A stretch of 64,000 bases of DNA from NCBI RefSeq assembly GCF_009914755.1, contig NC_060931.1; one strand, written 5' to 3'. Each line of letters opens with the position of its first letter. The stretch's first letter is position 1. This DNA is from the human T2T-CHM13v2.0 reference genome, Homo sapiens. Under the pieces are notes generated by a model, which was not told where the DNA came from, ran no database searches, and was given only the letters and a program-made list of their open reading frames with translations. Positions 1 through 13,810 of the stretch are shown here, in pieces. The position numbers and the translations under genes are program-made.

Positions 1-2
1 CT

Positions 3-401
<399 letters not shown>

Positions 402-1876
402 TAACCACCCTCCACCTCCCTCATCCTCAGACTTTGGCTGATCATTGTGAGAAAGTCATTGTCCTTAAAGAAATATTTCCCTTGTCTTGCTTCACCTCAT
501 CCTAGCCTTAATAGCAGCTTGGGAAGAACACTGTACTGGGCGGTCAGAAACTTCTCTTCCTACTTTGACTTCCCCCTCACAATATTGTCCCTGTGTTGCC
601 CCCATGAACTGAATTTACCCTTAGTGAGACTCCAAGGAACTCTGCCCATTGTCAGGAGAATAAAGTACCCCATAGATCTTAAGAGTGTCCACTAGAGAGA
701 AGCTGTTGCTATTTCATTACATAACATACTGTCCCCCTCACTGTAGTATAAATAAACATATCCTTTTCTCCAGTAATTTTTTTTTCATTTTATGGACATT
801 GTTAACTGCTAAGGTGTCTTCTTTCACAATATTTATGACAGTTGGCTCATGGTAGTAAATGTCGTGAACCATTTTGATGTTTTCAACCTTATATTCACTG
901 TATCCCTTGTTTATATTTATTCCTTTTTTCCATTTGGCATTATTTTTACACTCTTTTAAGATGTCTTATATAAATAAGCAAATCCCAGTATACAATACTT
1001 TATACATCAAGTTCTGACTCTGTGAAATCAACAAACTCTGGTTTGTTCCTCACAAGATGGCTGCCCCCATGCATGCTCAAGATGGCTGCTACTTGCACAT
1101 GCTCAAGATGGCTGCCACCCATAAGTGCTCATTGCGTGTTGAGAGAACAGATCTGTGTCATTTGAAGGCAGTAGGCTGGGCCTTCCACCCTGTTTGCCAG
1201 ATACCTAAAATAGACTTCAGTTTGGGATTCAGTAAGCTGTTTTGTAGCCATGGCTAGCATTTGATTAAAGTCACTGTCATGTGGGGGTCTATGGACAAGC
1301 ATCTTTTCCTTGCAGACATCCATTCTCAGGGAATGCTCTTACCAAGCTGTTCTGCTTGGAGCATTTGTGTTTTAGTCTTGTGGGAGTCCTGAGCTTTACA
1401 TTCCACTCAAGAAAGAAAGGACTGAGATGATAGACAGACAGACAACACTGTCACCCCAGCAGAGCCATTATTTCCTCCCACAGAACTCCAAATGATAGGA
1501 GTCCTGGTACCTGGAGTTCCTGCTACAGCAGTAGAGACCTGACACATAGGCACCACCCATTCAGAGTTTTAGCTTTACTTGTCTTTTTGGCTTGAAAGCA
1601 CCTGGAGGCAACAGATGTGTGCATCTGAAGATGCTCGGGGACAAGATGTGTTAAGGTGGATGCAAGAATTTGCTACGTCAACAAGTCAAAACAGCATGCT
1701 ATAACCTGCCCACAGATTGTGTGTGCAGGGACAACTGTCCCTGACCTGCAGACAAGACAGGACTTTGCAGCCAAGCTACTGGACATGGGTGGGGGAAAAG
1801 CAGGTTAGTAAAAGGAGAGTGTAGTAATTTCCTGTGGCTGCTGTGATACATCACCACAAACGAGGAACTTAAACAC

Positions 1877-2433
1877 TGTAAGAAAGAGGAAAGAAACACA
1901 AAAGGTGGCTTGATGGTTAAGACAGGCTTATTTTAGAGAAAACAATCCTGAGAGGGGCATCTGGCCATGTTAGTTCAGAGGCACACTCTCTTACAGACTA
2001 AGAGTTTTTAAGGATTTAGGGTGGAAAAGTTTATCAGAGGCTTAGACTGCTTCTGTGTCTCTTTGTTGTGCTTATATGGGAGGGAGAGTTGTGTGCCTGT
2101 TCCCATACATCTTTCTGCAGCTTCAGGCATATCACTCCAGTCTGCTTTTTGCTTTTCTATCTTAGTGGACTTGAAGGGAAAGGAATGTGCTTATTAAGGC
2201 CCACTGTTTTACTGGGGCCCATTGTATGAGGGTGAAGTTTGGTAGTTACCCAAGAGACTTTCCCCCCACCTCCCTCTGTGCCCGAGCTGTCTTATCTGTG
2301 TTTTACTGTCTGCTCTTTCTGGTTGCTTATAGTTAGAAAAGAAGTGATTTCCTTGAAATGCATGAGGCTAGAAAGGGAGCTGGAACTTAAAGTGGCAGTG
2401 TTTGTCCGAGATGACAGTCCTCCTGCTCTATCA
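1877..2433 (-). mobile_element. ERV1 solo LTR, LTR6A/B-like (HERV-S71/T group)
   Basis: TG...CA ends, 557 bp, perfect 5-bp TSD AACAC (1872-1876 / 2434-2438); family name from recalled consensus. Confidence 0.7.
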
Positions 2434-2674
2434 AACACCAGGAGTTTCTTCTCTCATGGTTCTGGAGGTTAGAAGTCTGATATCAAGGTGTCAGCAGGAC
2501 TGCACTCCTCCAAAGGCTCTAGGAGAGAATCCTTTCTTGTCTCTCTCAGATTCTGGTTGCTCCAGGTGTTCCTTGACTTGTGGCCACATCACTCCAATCC
2601 CTGCCTCTGCAGTAACATGGCCTCCTGTTATGTGTCTCTCTCAAAACTGATTCCCTTTGCCTCTTTCCTTTAAT

Positions 2675-3100
2675 CTTTTTTTTTTGTGGTTACATTGTAG
2701 GTGTCTATATTTATAGGGTACATGAGATATTTTACAATGTGAAGTAATCACATCAGTGTAAATGCATGCAATGTCAAATAATCACATCAGAGTAAATAAG
2801 GTATGCATCGCTTCAAGCATTTATCCTTTGTATTACAAACAATCCAATCATACCCTTTTAGTTATTCCAAAATGTACAATTAAATTACTGTTGACTGTAG
2901 TCACTCTGTTGTGTTATCACAAACTAGATCTCATTTATTCTATCTAGCTATATTGTTGTACCCATTAACCATCCCCACACCCTTCCTAACTCCATAACTA
3001 CCCTTCTCAGTCTCAGGTAACCATCATTCTACTATCCCTGGTAGTTTGATTATTTTAATTTTTAGCTCCTACAAAGGAATGAGAACATGCAAAGTTTGTT
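2675..3100 (-). mobile_element. L1MA-like 3' end fragment
   Basis: Poly-T then ATATTTATAGGGTACATGAGATATTT...ATGAGAACATGC, typical antisense L1M 3'UTR. Confidence 0.8.
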
Positions 3101-5206
3101 ACATGCAAAGTTACATGCAAAGTTGATTATCCCACTCGATAATCCAGGATAACTTCTCTTGAGATCCTTCATTACATCTTTTGCCACAGGAGATAATATC
3201 CACTCTTTTGCCATATGAGGTAATATTCACAGGTTCTAGGGAATAAGATATGGATATATCTTTTTGGGGGCAAGCTATAGAGATGAAGTCTCTAATCTTG
3301 TTGACTAAATACAAACATGAAGTTAGAGGAGGCTGGAGATGGGGGCAAAATTGATTTAACATGGTCCTGTTTTGAGTGTGTATTTTGTGTAGTGCCTTCT
3401 AATCTCAAGTATAAATTAATATTCAGGAAATAATCACTGCATTAGATTTGGTAAGGACCATAGTCAGGTAGAAAAAAAAAGTATCCTAGTGTTTCATTGA
3501 AGCTTCTGACATCCCTGACCATTTTGAGTTCATTATCTACATCCGTGTGCATTCCTGAATGGTAAAATTCATTAATTTGGCCAGTATTTATGAAGCATCT
3601 TTATAACAGTTCAACCAGTTACATATTTAAGCAATTAAATTTTTCTATAGTGAGTTAAAAATGGTTGTGAGTGTTTCAGTTTTGTTCTTAGTTGTAACAG
3701 CTTGGACTTTTTAAAAGTTATCCAGTAATGATCACCTCTTGTCAAAAACCAGGTTTAAGAAGATGCCATTTGATTTTGTGCAAACCTCACTTCCCAAGTC
3801 ACACCAATTTCTTGTTTGAGAAAAGCATTTGATCATAGATCTGTGACTTGGCTAGTCAGGTGGCTTATACTTAAAAGCATTATTTTTTGAGAAAACATTT
3901 TTTGTCTATGTTTTTGCTTCAACCCTCCAGACTTTTAAAGCAAGAAGAACGTGTTTCATTGGTGTTTTTAGTTTTTTTAAAAAATACTTGTTGCACTGTA
4001 TTTGCTTCAGATTATTTAAAAGCCCTTTAATATTAATATATTGAATAAATGGTCCTGAAACCACAGTAGTGAAATCTGAGTGCGTATTATTATCCCATTC
4101 CACTCATGGGAAGACTGAGTCCCAGAGGTCTCAGCTGAGGGAATATTCCCTTATTAGTATCAGAGCTGGGACTGAAATTCAGATCTCCTAAATCTTAGGC
4201 CAGCGACACAGATGGCACAGGGCTTCTGACATGTCATCTCAATTTTACGAGATTCTCAAGGTTTGGAAATGCCTTAGAGACCTCAATATTAGTGATTTGC
4301 AGGGATAGACAAACTGCAGATAAATCTTCCTGTGTATCGACTTAAAAAAAAACAAAACAAAACAACAACAACAAAAAAACCACTAGATTTTTTATTTGGT
4401 TCCAACGTTGACAGGTTCTTTCCTCTGTACACCTATGTGAATTGATGACATCAGCTCAGCCCCAGATCAGTGTCTTCTTGGGTTGTTTGGGACAGTTTTC
4501 TCTTCCACTGTCCCCTTCAGTGTGCATTGCATGTGACTGGCTGGTGAGAAGTCCGGGATATGCTTCGCTCTGAACAGGTCGATCTGGGGTGAATTATTAG
4601 CTGCATGCTGACTTGTAAGTGGAAATCTATATCTTGCCTAGTTCTGCTCTGTGCAAACCTTGTCGTCTTACTTTGTAAATATTGATTGTATTTAAACAGG
4701 ATTTTGCCCCAGGCCTGGTCAAGGCACCAATTACATGTTGACTCTCATGCCGCTTGCATAAGGCTATCTATGATTATGGATATGGGACTGGTTCCAACAT
4801 GCAGCCCTTCCAGAAAGGAAAGATGCTTTAGCCTCAATAATTTATTGGAAACCCCTTTCTAGCACAAAAACAGGAGTAGAGTGAGCTCACCAAGAGGAAA
4901 CGGCAATTCATCAGTATGTTGCAACTTCTCCTTTCCCTAGTCGCATTCTGTCTTCTGTCATGTGCTCAGTTTTTACTTAATAAAATAAATCACTTTTTTG
5001 CGGGGTGGGGAGAGATTTCTCAGGCAACGTTCTGAATTCCCAACAAGAAAGATTGAACCACATGATTTATTTTGATATAATGAGTGACGGAACAGATATT
5101 TGATAGTTACAGGAGGACTTCGCTTCTTTGGCATCTTTGTACTTAATTCTTTGTTTGTGAACCTTCAAAAGCAAAATCTTTTAAAAAGTACATTAAAAAA
5201 ATAGCC

Positions 5207-5372
5207 TGCCAGGTGCAGTGGCTCAGGCCTGTAATCCTGGCATTTTGGGATGCCAAGGTAAGCAGATTGCTTGATCCCAGGAGTTTGAGACAAGCAGATT
5301 GCTTGATCCCAGGAGTTTGAGACTAGCCTGGGCAACTTAGCAAGATCCCCATCTCTACAAAAAGTAAAAAAA
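5207..5372 (+). mobile_element. Alu left monomer (FLAM/AluJ-like) with internal 32-bp duplication
   Basis: GCCAGGTGCAGTGGCTCA...CCCCATCTCTACAAAAA; no right arm. Confidence 0.9.
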
Positions 5373-5615
5373 TAGGCAAATGTGTTTTCAAAACTTTCCC
5401 ACTATTTTTAAAGATCTGGAAAGATTGAAAATTGAGAAAACATAGAGAATAATTTAACAAATTATAATGCCCCTAGCACCCACAATGAACAACTAGAGGT
5501 CTTAGCATAATGGTTTTAGATATTTTAAAAAATGAAATGAAAGGTAAATTTGAAGTTCCATATTTATGCCTTCTTAATATCATTACCCTTTTTCTCCAGG
5601 AGTAAACATTATCTC

Positions 5616-5972
5616 ATATATATATACACACATATATATGTGTGTATATATACACACACACATATATATGTATATATATATACACACATATATATGTATA
5701 TATATATACACACATATATATGTATATATATACACACATATATATGTATATATATACACACACATATATATGTATATATATACACACACATATATGTATA
5801 TATATACACACACATATATATGTATATATATACACACATATATGTATGTATATACACACATATGTATATATACACACATATATGTATATATACACACATA
5901 TATGTGTGTATATATACACATATGTGTGTATATATATACACATATATGTGTGTATATATATACACACATATA

Positions 5973-6015
<43 letters not shown>
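5616..6015. repeat. Compound (TA)n/(CA)n/(TG)n minisatellite, ~24-30-bp higher-order unit
   Basis: Reiterated TATATATATACACACATATATATG units at the tail of an antisense Alu. Confidence 0.97.
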
Positions 6016-6452
6016 TTGCTTGTTTGTTTTTGGGAATCTTACTCTGTTGCCCAGGCTGGAGTGTAGTGGTACAATCTCGACTCATTGCAACCTCCGCCTC
6101 CTAGGTTCAAGCTATTCCACTGATTCAGCCTCCCGAGTAACTGGAATTACAGGCATGTGCCACAATGCCTGTATAATTTTTGTATTTTTAGTAGAGACAG
6201 GATTCACCATGTTGGCCAGGCTGGTCTCAAACTCCTGACCTCAAGTGATCTGCCTGCCTCAACCTTCCAAAGTTCCAAAGTGCTGGGATTACAGGCATGT
6301 GCCACCACGCCCGGCTAATTTTTATATTTTTAGTAGAGATGAGGCTTCTCCATGTTGACCAGGCTGGTCTCAAACTCCTGGGCTCAAGTGATCCTGCCAC
6401 CTCGGCCTCCCAAAGTGCTGGGATTTACAGGCATGAGTGACTGTGCTCGGCC
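6016..6452 (-). mobile_element. Three-armed (left-left-right) chimeric Alu
   Basis: Two left arms (two GTAGAGA..CCATGTTG..CAGGCTGGTCTCAAACTCCTG blocks) and one right arm. Confidence 0.9.
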
Positions 6453-6539
6453 CTGCAACTCTTTTTCATTCATGGTTTGGTTTATGGTAGCTATCCACTT
6501 GATGCACCTCAATTTAATTAATTTAACAATTAACAATTT

Positions 6540-8620
6540 TATGTTTGGATATACTGAAATTTATTTCAATTTTTATTTTTGATAAAAATTATTCTTTCTA
6601 ATTTATTGCTACTATTAACAAGGCTGCTAAAAATTTCTTATAAATATATAACCTTTGAGTGCTCATGAGAAAATCTCTTTAGCATAAGCATACAAGTAAT
6701 TATTAAAGTTTCAGTTTTAGCAGACTTTGCCAGATTGCTCTCCCAAGGGGATGTATTATATTACAGCCCCTCTGCTCTAGCGAGGCTTAAAGTTTCCACT
6801 TCACGTTTCATCACATTCTCATCAACATTTGATATTGTGCGATTTTATCTCACAGTTTTAATTTGCGCTTCCCTGACCACCAGTGACACGAGGATGAATA
6901 CTGCTTCATTTGTTTATTACCCACTCAGGGTTATCCCTCCTTTCTGGATTGCATTTTCCTATCTTTTGTTCCTATTTGTATTTGCTTTGTTTATCTTTAC
7001 CTTTATAATCTACAGAAACTCTGGATACTAATTTTTGTAGGTTACGTGGACTGTGAACATTTACCCCAAATCTGTTGCTTTTAATTTTGCCTGAAGTAGG
7101 ATTCAAAAAAATTAATTTTTGATCTATTTAAGCTATGTTTTTTTTCTGTTTAAAAAATATATAGAAATCTCTACTGTAGGTCATAGAATTATTTTCCAAT
7201 ATTTTCTTGTAATGACTTTCAGGTTTATCTCTCATGTTTATATCTTTAATCCACCTAGAATTTATTTGCTTATTTATTTGTTTGTTTATTTTTGGCTTGG
7301 GGTGAGCTGCTGCTCTAGCTCTGTACAGCCTGTTCCCCAAGAATTCTTGCTGTGGGTCAGAAATAATCCTCTTCTGTAAGTCACTGTTGGTTGGAATTTC
7401 TATTACTTGTAGCCTAACACCTTCCAATTGCTACACTTATTCTCTCTCCCCACTCCTTTTAGAATTCTCCTTTTATGCATCTTGGAGCTCATAGTTCTTT
7501 TTTTCCATTTTTATTTTCTATTTGTGTGTGTATGCATATATGCTGTGTAATGTATATGGTTTTTACAAAATTCAAATTGCATAGCTAAGGTCAAAACAGC
7601 TTGTATGTGTGTATATATGTATATATATATGTGCCTTATTTTGGGAGATTGCCCAGCTGTGTACTTCAGTTCACCAATTCTCTCTTTGGCTAGCTCTAGT
7701 TGTCTGTTTAAATTCTCCATTGTATATTTTTCTCAAATCACTGTATTTTTTTTTTACTTCTATAATTTCCAGTAGTTCTTTTTTCGAATCTACCTTTTTT
7801 GTTTTCATTATATCTTTTTCATGCCTGATAGACTTTATTTCTTTCTCCATATATGTATATTTCAAGTAAACTTATTTTAAAGTTCCACTCATATTGATTT
7901 ATTATTTATGGTTTCTTGGGTATGGCCATTTATTGTTTTCTGATGATGTCCTATAGCATTTGATGTTTTCAAATGCTGTCTGGACTGTATCTTCAGCATG
8001 AACCATTTTTTACACCTGTGGCACATATTCTGGCTTTCAGAGACTCTTCCATGAGAATTTTCATAATTGCCTCTATTGGGGCTACAGAGAAAATCTCAGG
8101 GCCAAAGTTTTACATTTATATCTAGGCTCATTGTTTTTGCACCTTGTAGGCAGTCAGGTTAAGAATTCTGATCTCATAGTCTCAGGCAGGGCCAATTGAG
8201 AGGTTGAGGGGTTCTATTTCTTAAAGGCTATGGGTTTGAGTCAGTGATAAAGTTCTTCTAATTCCATTTCAAGGACAGGAAAGACATTTACTGGTGCCTG
8301 GCTTCTGCTAAGGGGTTCAGTTTCTGCTCCTGTGCCAAATGTGGAGCCTTAGCTTCAACTCCATCCCCCATGGAGGCTTTAAAACCTCTACCCACACAGG
8401 TATATATCTGGTTTAGTTACTTCCATGGCTAAACAGTTTCAACTTCTACTCATTGCAATGTTTCTGGTACCTGCAGGTTCTCATTCTTGCTTTTGGGCTT
8501 AGCTATGCATTTCGAATTTTGTAAAAACCATGTACATTATGCAGTATTCCTATGTGGTTTGAAAGGGAGGAGGGCTTCATGCATTCGTGCAGTCTGCCAT
8601 CTTGACCTGGAATCTCGTCC
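6540..8620 (-). mobile_element. Highly decayed L1ME/HAL1-like fragments
   Basis: T-rich antisense L1-like sequence (GTTTTAATTTGC..TTCCCTGA; CAGTTCACCAATTCTC; terminal TCTGCCATCTTGACC). Confidence 0.5.
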
Positions 8621-9664
8621 ATTTCTTTATCAGTAGTTTCCAAGTTGCACATGGGTTTGTGCCCTAAATATTCCTTAGTATGTTACCAATTTTGAAGTTA
8701 GCATATATTTTCCCATTTAAAGACAGGGATATGGAGATTAATGAATGACAGTGTAAGCTTCACTGCTTGGACAGGTGAGCTTCAAGGTTTGAGTTTCATT
8801 AAGAGAAATCCAGGTAGCTTCAGGATGCATTCTAAACCATTCAAAATCTAGCTTTCAGTCTTTCAGGTCCAGAAATGCAATTTATTTGCACATCAATTGC
8901 AGATCCATCTCTTAGAAAGAGATTCACTCAGGCAGCAGAGTCTGAAGTGTAAAACCAGAATGCCAGTTTTAAAGTTCACCGTGGGAACGACAACTGCTGA
9001 GAAATTGGACACTTAAGAGACTTCCTGCATCACATTCTCTCCCTGGAGGCAAGCTTGGTGAGGAGCCATATAACCATTGGGAGGTCTCCCGTGGAGCACG
9101 GAACCTAAACAAAGAGGTTTTTAATTATGTGATCTTGAAAGTTTAATGGCTTCAGGGTCTGACAGCTTGCTGAGTCATGTCTGTAAGGGGGCTCTTTTGC
9201 CAATGGGACCATCACATTCAAAACCCATGTGATAAGACATCCCTTCCTCTGGACAGAGCTTAGGCAGTCACTGTCAACATTTATTTCCCTGCAAGTCTTG
9301 GATCAAGACTGGGGTATTGCAGAGTGCCCTAGGTCACCACTTGTCTTCAGGATGCCAGGCCTGTCTCTCAGACAACCAAAGGATGTTCTTTTTTTTTTTG
9401 TCTGAGAGAGCTTACTGCACTCTCTGCACATATTTAGGCCTGCTTTGTTCAAAGCCTGGTGAATATGAAGGATTTTCAACCAGTCTTGTGTTCTCAGGAC
9501 ACATGTAGGCCTCTAGTCACCCTTGGGGCAGGGCTATACTCCAGGAAATTCTTGCTAAGAAAGGTAAGACCATAAACCAATAAATATCTTCTCTGCTCAT
9601 ATCAGAACATTTCTGAAAACCAATTTATTGAAGCAATAGTTTCCCCCTTGGGGCAAAACAGCTC

Positions 9665-10034
9665 TGATATGGTTTGGTTTTGTGTCCCCACCCAAATCTC
9701 ATCTCGAATTGTAATCCCCGGGTGTTGAGGGAGAGAACTTGTAGGAGGTGATTGGATCATGGGGGCAGTTTCCCCCATGCTGTTCTTGTGATAGTGAGGG
9801 AATTTTCATGAGATCTGATGGTTTTATAAGTGTTTGACATTTCCTCCTGTACATGCTGTCTCTTCTCTCTCCTGCTGCCTTGTGAAGAGGTGCCTGCTTC
9901 CCCTTCCACCATAATTGTAAGTTTCCTGAGGCTTCACCAGCCATGTAGAAATGTGAGTCAATTAAATCTCTTTCCTTTATAAACTACCCAGTCTTGGGTA
10001 GTATCTTTATAGCCGTGTCAAAATGACTAATACA
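9665..10034 (+). mobile_element. THE1D-like solo LTR (MaLR)
   Basis: TGATATGGTTTGG..TGTGTCCCCACCCAAATCTCATC...GACTAATACA. Confidence 0.92.
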
Positions 10035-11119
10035 AATTCAATGATCAAATAACTGTATACTTATTCAGACTCTCTGCGCCCATCAATTCTAAATTATTAC
10101 AACATGAATTTTTTCCCAATGCCAGTAAGATTGCCACATTGAAAGGCCCACCTGAAGTCTCTTAAGCCCAGACCCCTGAGTCTTATAAATATCTGCTTCT
10201 GACTTTTGTGGTGCTTCTGAGAGTCTCTGCTAAGACGATGCTCTCTCTGACTGCAACAGATCAATAAACCTAGTTTTGCTTCATCAACAGGTAATTCTGG
10301 TGGTCTTTTAAGGAGGGTCTGCAGTCAGGAGTGTGGTTGCTGGAAGCCAGAGTGCTGCGTGTCTATCATTATCTTCCTGTTTTCTATTGATCAGTTGGTA
10401 CCTTTGGATTTGCAGACAACTGTTAACTGGGACCCAGGAGATGTCGCATTTGCTCACCCTCCTGCCCCGCCAGTTACTTTGAACCATCTTTGGTGACTCA
10501 CATTTTCATTCCCCGACAATATGTTTGGTTGAGTTTTAGCCCTCACTTTTCTAATCATCTGGTTCACAGAGGCTGCAGAGTAAGCACCTATAGATCACAA
10601 ACATGTCCATGACTCCTGGCTTGTGATAGGGCAGGGTGAAAACTACTGGGTGGGGGTCATAGATTCTAAAGCATGAAATCATGAGGCTCTGGACTTGGGT
10701 GTATTGGGTAACTGGAAACAGAGTCTGAGAATTGGGTAAGGGAGCATGGGATAAGGAGGTAAAGAACAGGCAAGATTGGAGCACCCCTAGGGCTTTTTGA
10801 ACCTTAATGAAGATAATTTGAATAGGAAGTAGAGTGAGCCTGCTGTAACTACCTGTTGCTCTCCAAACTCAGAACAAATGACCCAAATTTTTGAAATTGA
10901 ATTGATATAGCACTGGGGTGTGATTTTTCTCACCAGGGCCTTAGGGTCAGACCATTGTCTAGTGGATGGGAGTTGAATTTCCTTTGAAGGGAGCAGAGGA
11001 TCGAACCTTCAATCATACTGGGAAGAGATCAGCTCTATGGCAAGAAGGGAGGAATCAGAAAGCAGACCCCGGATTTGAGGGAGAGTGTCTGCCTTGCTCT
11101 AGGGATAGAAATGAGCCTG

Positions 11120-11539
<420 letters not shown>

Positions 11540-12502
11540 TCACAGGATAGCAAGCTACCGACAAGTCAGGATGGTTTTGGATACTCACAGTAAGCTATTA
11601 TCTATGTTGCTTTCCCTGTATATTTTCCCCAAACCTTCCCCAGAGTCTCAGAAAGGCCTAGTCTCAGCTTTACTATGAAGAATTCTGTAAAAGCTCTCCC
11701 ACATGCTGGAGGAAGTGTCAAAATGGAAGGGGCAATCTCCCCACTCCTGAAGCCACAGTACTGGGGAGGTCAACTGTGTTCATTCATCTCAGAAGGGTCA
11801 CTGGCAGCACAGGAGCAGTGTAGGGGATTAGATACTCACAGTTGGGTGGAACATACTTACATTACGCCTCTTCATTTACAGATATGCAAATGAAGATGGA
11901 TGTCTAGAGCTGCTTTACAAGTATCGACTAAAATATTGACTACCTGACTCTTCATAGAAAAAATTGCTGACACCTGGTTTATGGCTCTAAGCTTCCCAGA
12001 TCTTCTCAACAGTCTTATGAGGTGATAATGTCGAGTTATTGCTTTACATATAAAAATCAGAAGCTTGGAGATGTGTGTGACTTGCCCAAGGTCACAAGGA
12101 CAGGCTGTCTGCTACCACAGGTGACCTGCAAACTGGTCCATGAGACAGCTTGGAGGCTGAAGAAGGCTGCTGAGGCTGCCAGAGGTCAGAGATATTTAGC
12201 TGTAAACTCACTGTGAGGGCATGGGGCTTTGGGGTGTTGGGCAGCGTGGATCTGCTCTCCCGGCCCTTACAGGGTAGACCTCCATTGTGGTTTTCCTCAG
12301 TCCCTATCCTTGCCTGCAGGCAAGGCTGGTGCTCAGTCAGATACACACCTATAGCTCCACTGCCACTCCCTGATGAGCTTGGTTGGGAATCCCTCCTAAT
12401 AAGTGGTTAACATTTTGAGCATCAACCCTTCCTGAAGTGTTAACTTGGAAGCAAGTAGTGTGAGGGGTAAATCTGGGGATACATTTTCTTTCCCAGGAGA
12501 TT

Positions 12503-12819
12503 TCTTTTTTATTTATTTTATTATTATTATTTTTTTTGAGACAGGGTCTTGCTCTGTCACCTGGGCTGGAGTGCAGTGGCATGGTCTCAGCTCATTGTAG
12601 CCTCGATTTCCTGGGCTCAAGCCATCCTCCTACCTCAGCTTCTCAAGTAGCTAGAACTACAGGCATGCACCACTACAACCTGTTTTTTTTTTTTTTTTTT
12701 GTAGAGATGAGGGTCTCACATTTTTTCCCAGCCTGGTCTTGAACTCCTGGGTTCAAATGATTCTCCTGCCTCAGCCTCCCCAAGTGCTGGGATTACAGGC
12801 ATGAGTTACCGTGCCTGGC
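12503..12819 (-). mobile_element. AluJ
   Basis: GAGACAGGGTCTTGCTCTGTCACC, CTGGGCTCAAGCCATCCTCC diagnostic of AluJ. Confidence 0.93.
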
Positions 12820-12902
12820 TCCAAGAGATTTCTTAAAGGAATAAATGGTCAGGCTGGTGGGACCTTTCTGGAGTGGTGGGAGCCCCCAGTAGGACCCTCT
12901 GA

Positions 12903-13268
<366 letters not shown>

Positions 13269-13451
13269 CTCCTCCTCTCTTTAGCCATGGCCACCTTTGG
13301 TTGAGACAGAGGGCAGGACTCCTTCCTGACCATGCAGAAAAAAAAGAATGCATGCTAATCCTCAGGGAGATTGACGGGCCCAGGAATATCACTGGCCAGA
13401 ATAAGATGGTAACTCCCAGTGCACTTGCCTTTGCCATCTACCTAGACCAGG

Positions 13452-13810
13452 TGATATGGTTTGGCTCTGTGTCCCCACCCAAATCTCACTTCGAATTGTA
13501 ATAATCCCCACATGTCATGGGAGGGATCTGTGGGAAGTCATTGAATCATGGGTGCAGATTTTTCCCCAGCTGTTCTTGTGATAGTGAATAAGTCTCAGGA
13601 GAGCTGATGGTTTTATAAAAGGGCAGCTCTCCTGCACATGCCCTCTTGCCTGCCACCATGTAAGATGTGTCTTGCTTCACCTTCGCCTTCCACCATGATT
13701 GTGAGGCCTCCCCAGCCATGTGGAACTGTGAGTCCATTAAAGCTCTTTCCTTTATAAATTACCCAGTCTCAGGTATGTCTTTATTAGCAATGTGAAAATA
13801 GACTAATACA
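13452..13810 (+). mobile_element. THE1B/C-like solo LTR
   Basis: TGATATGGTTTGGCTCTGTGTCCCCACCC...GACTAATACA; TSD CCAGG/CCAAG. Confidence 0.93.

Larger units (their letters stand above)
1820..3280 (-). mobile_element. MLT1 (B/C/D-like) MaLR LTR split by two later insertions
   Basis: Pieces ~1820-1876, 2439-2670 and 3125-3280 are collinear with recalled MLT1 consensus (TTCTGGAGG..AGAAGTC..ATCAAGGTGTCAGCAGG; ATAATCCAGGATAA; ATTCACAGGTTCTAGGGA). Confidence 0.8.

Noticed and set aside
4343-4380. Orphan A-rich tract suggesting a processed-pseudogene tail
   Set aside because: No upstream poly(A) signal, TSD or recognisable mRNA/snRNA sequence
5550-6238. Longest ORFs in the track (117-198 aa, Y/I/H/T/C/V-rich)
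   Set aside because: Translations of the TA/CA/TG minisatellite plus Alu; open on both strands and in several frames because the repeat lacks stops
13452-13810. PRDM9 hotspot 13-mer in THE1 LTRs
   Set aside because: Neither this copy (CCTCCCATGACA on minus) nor the 48858 copy (CCTCCTATGACAC) has CCTCCCTNNCCAC
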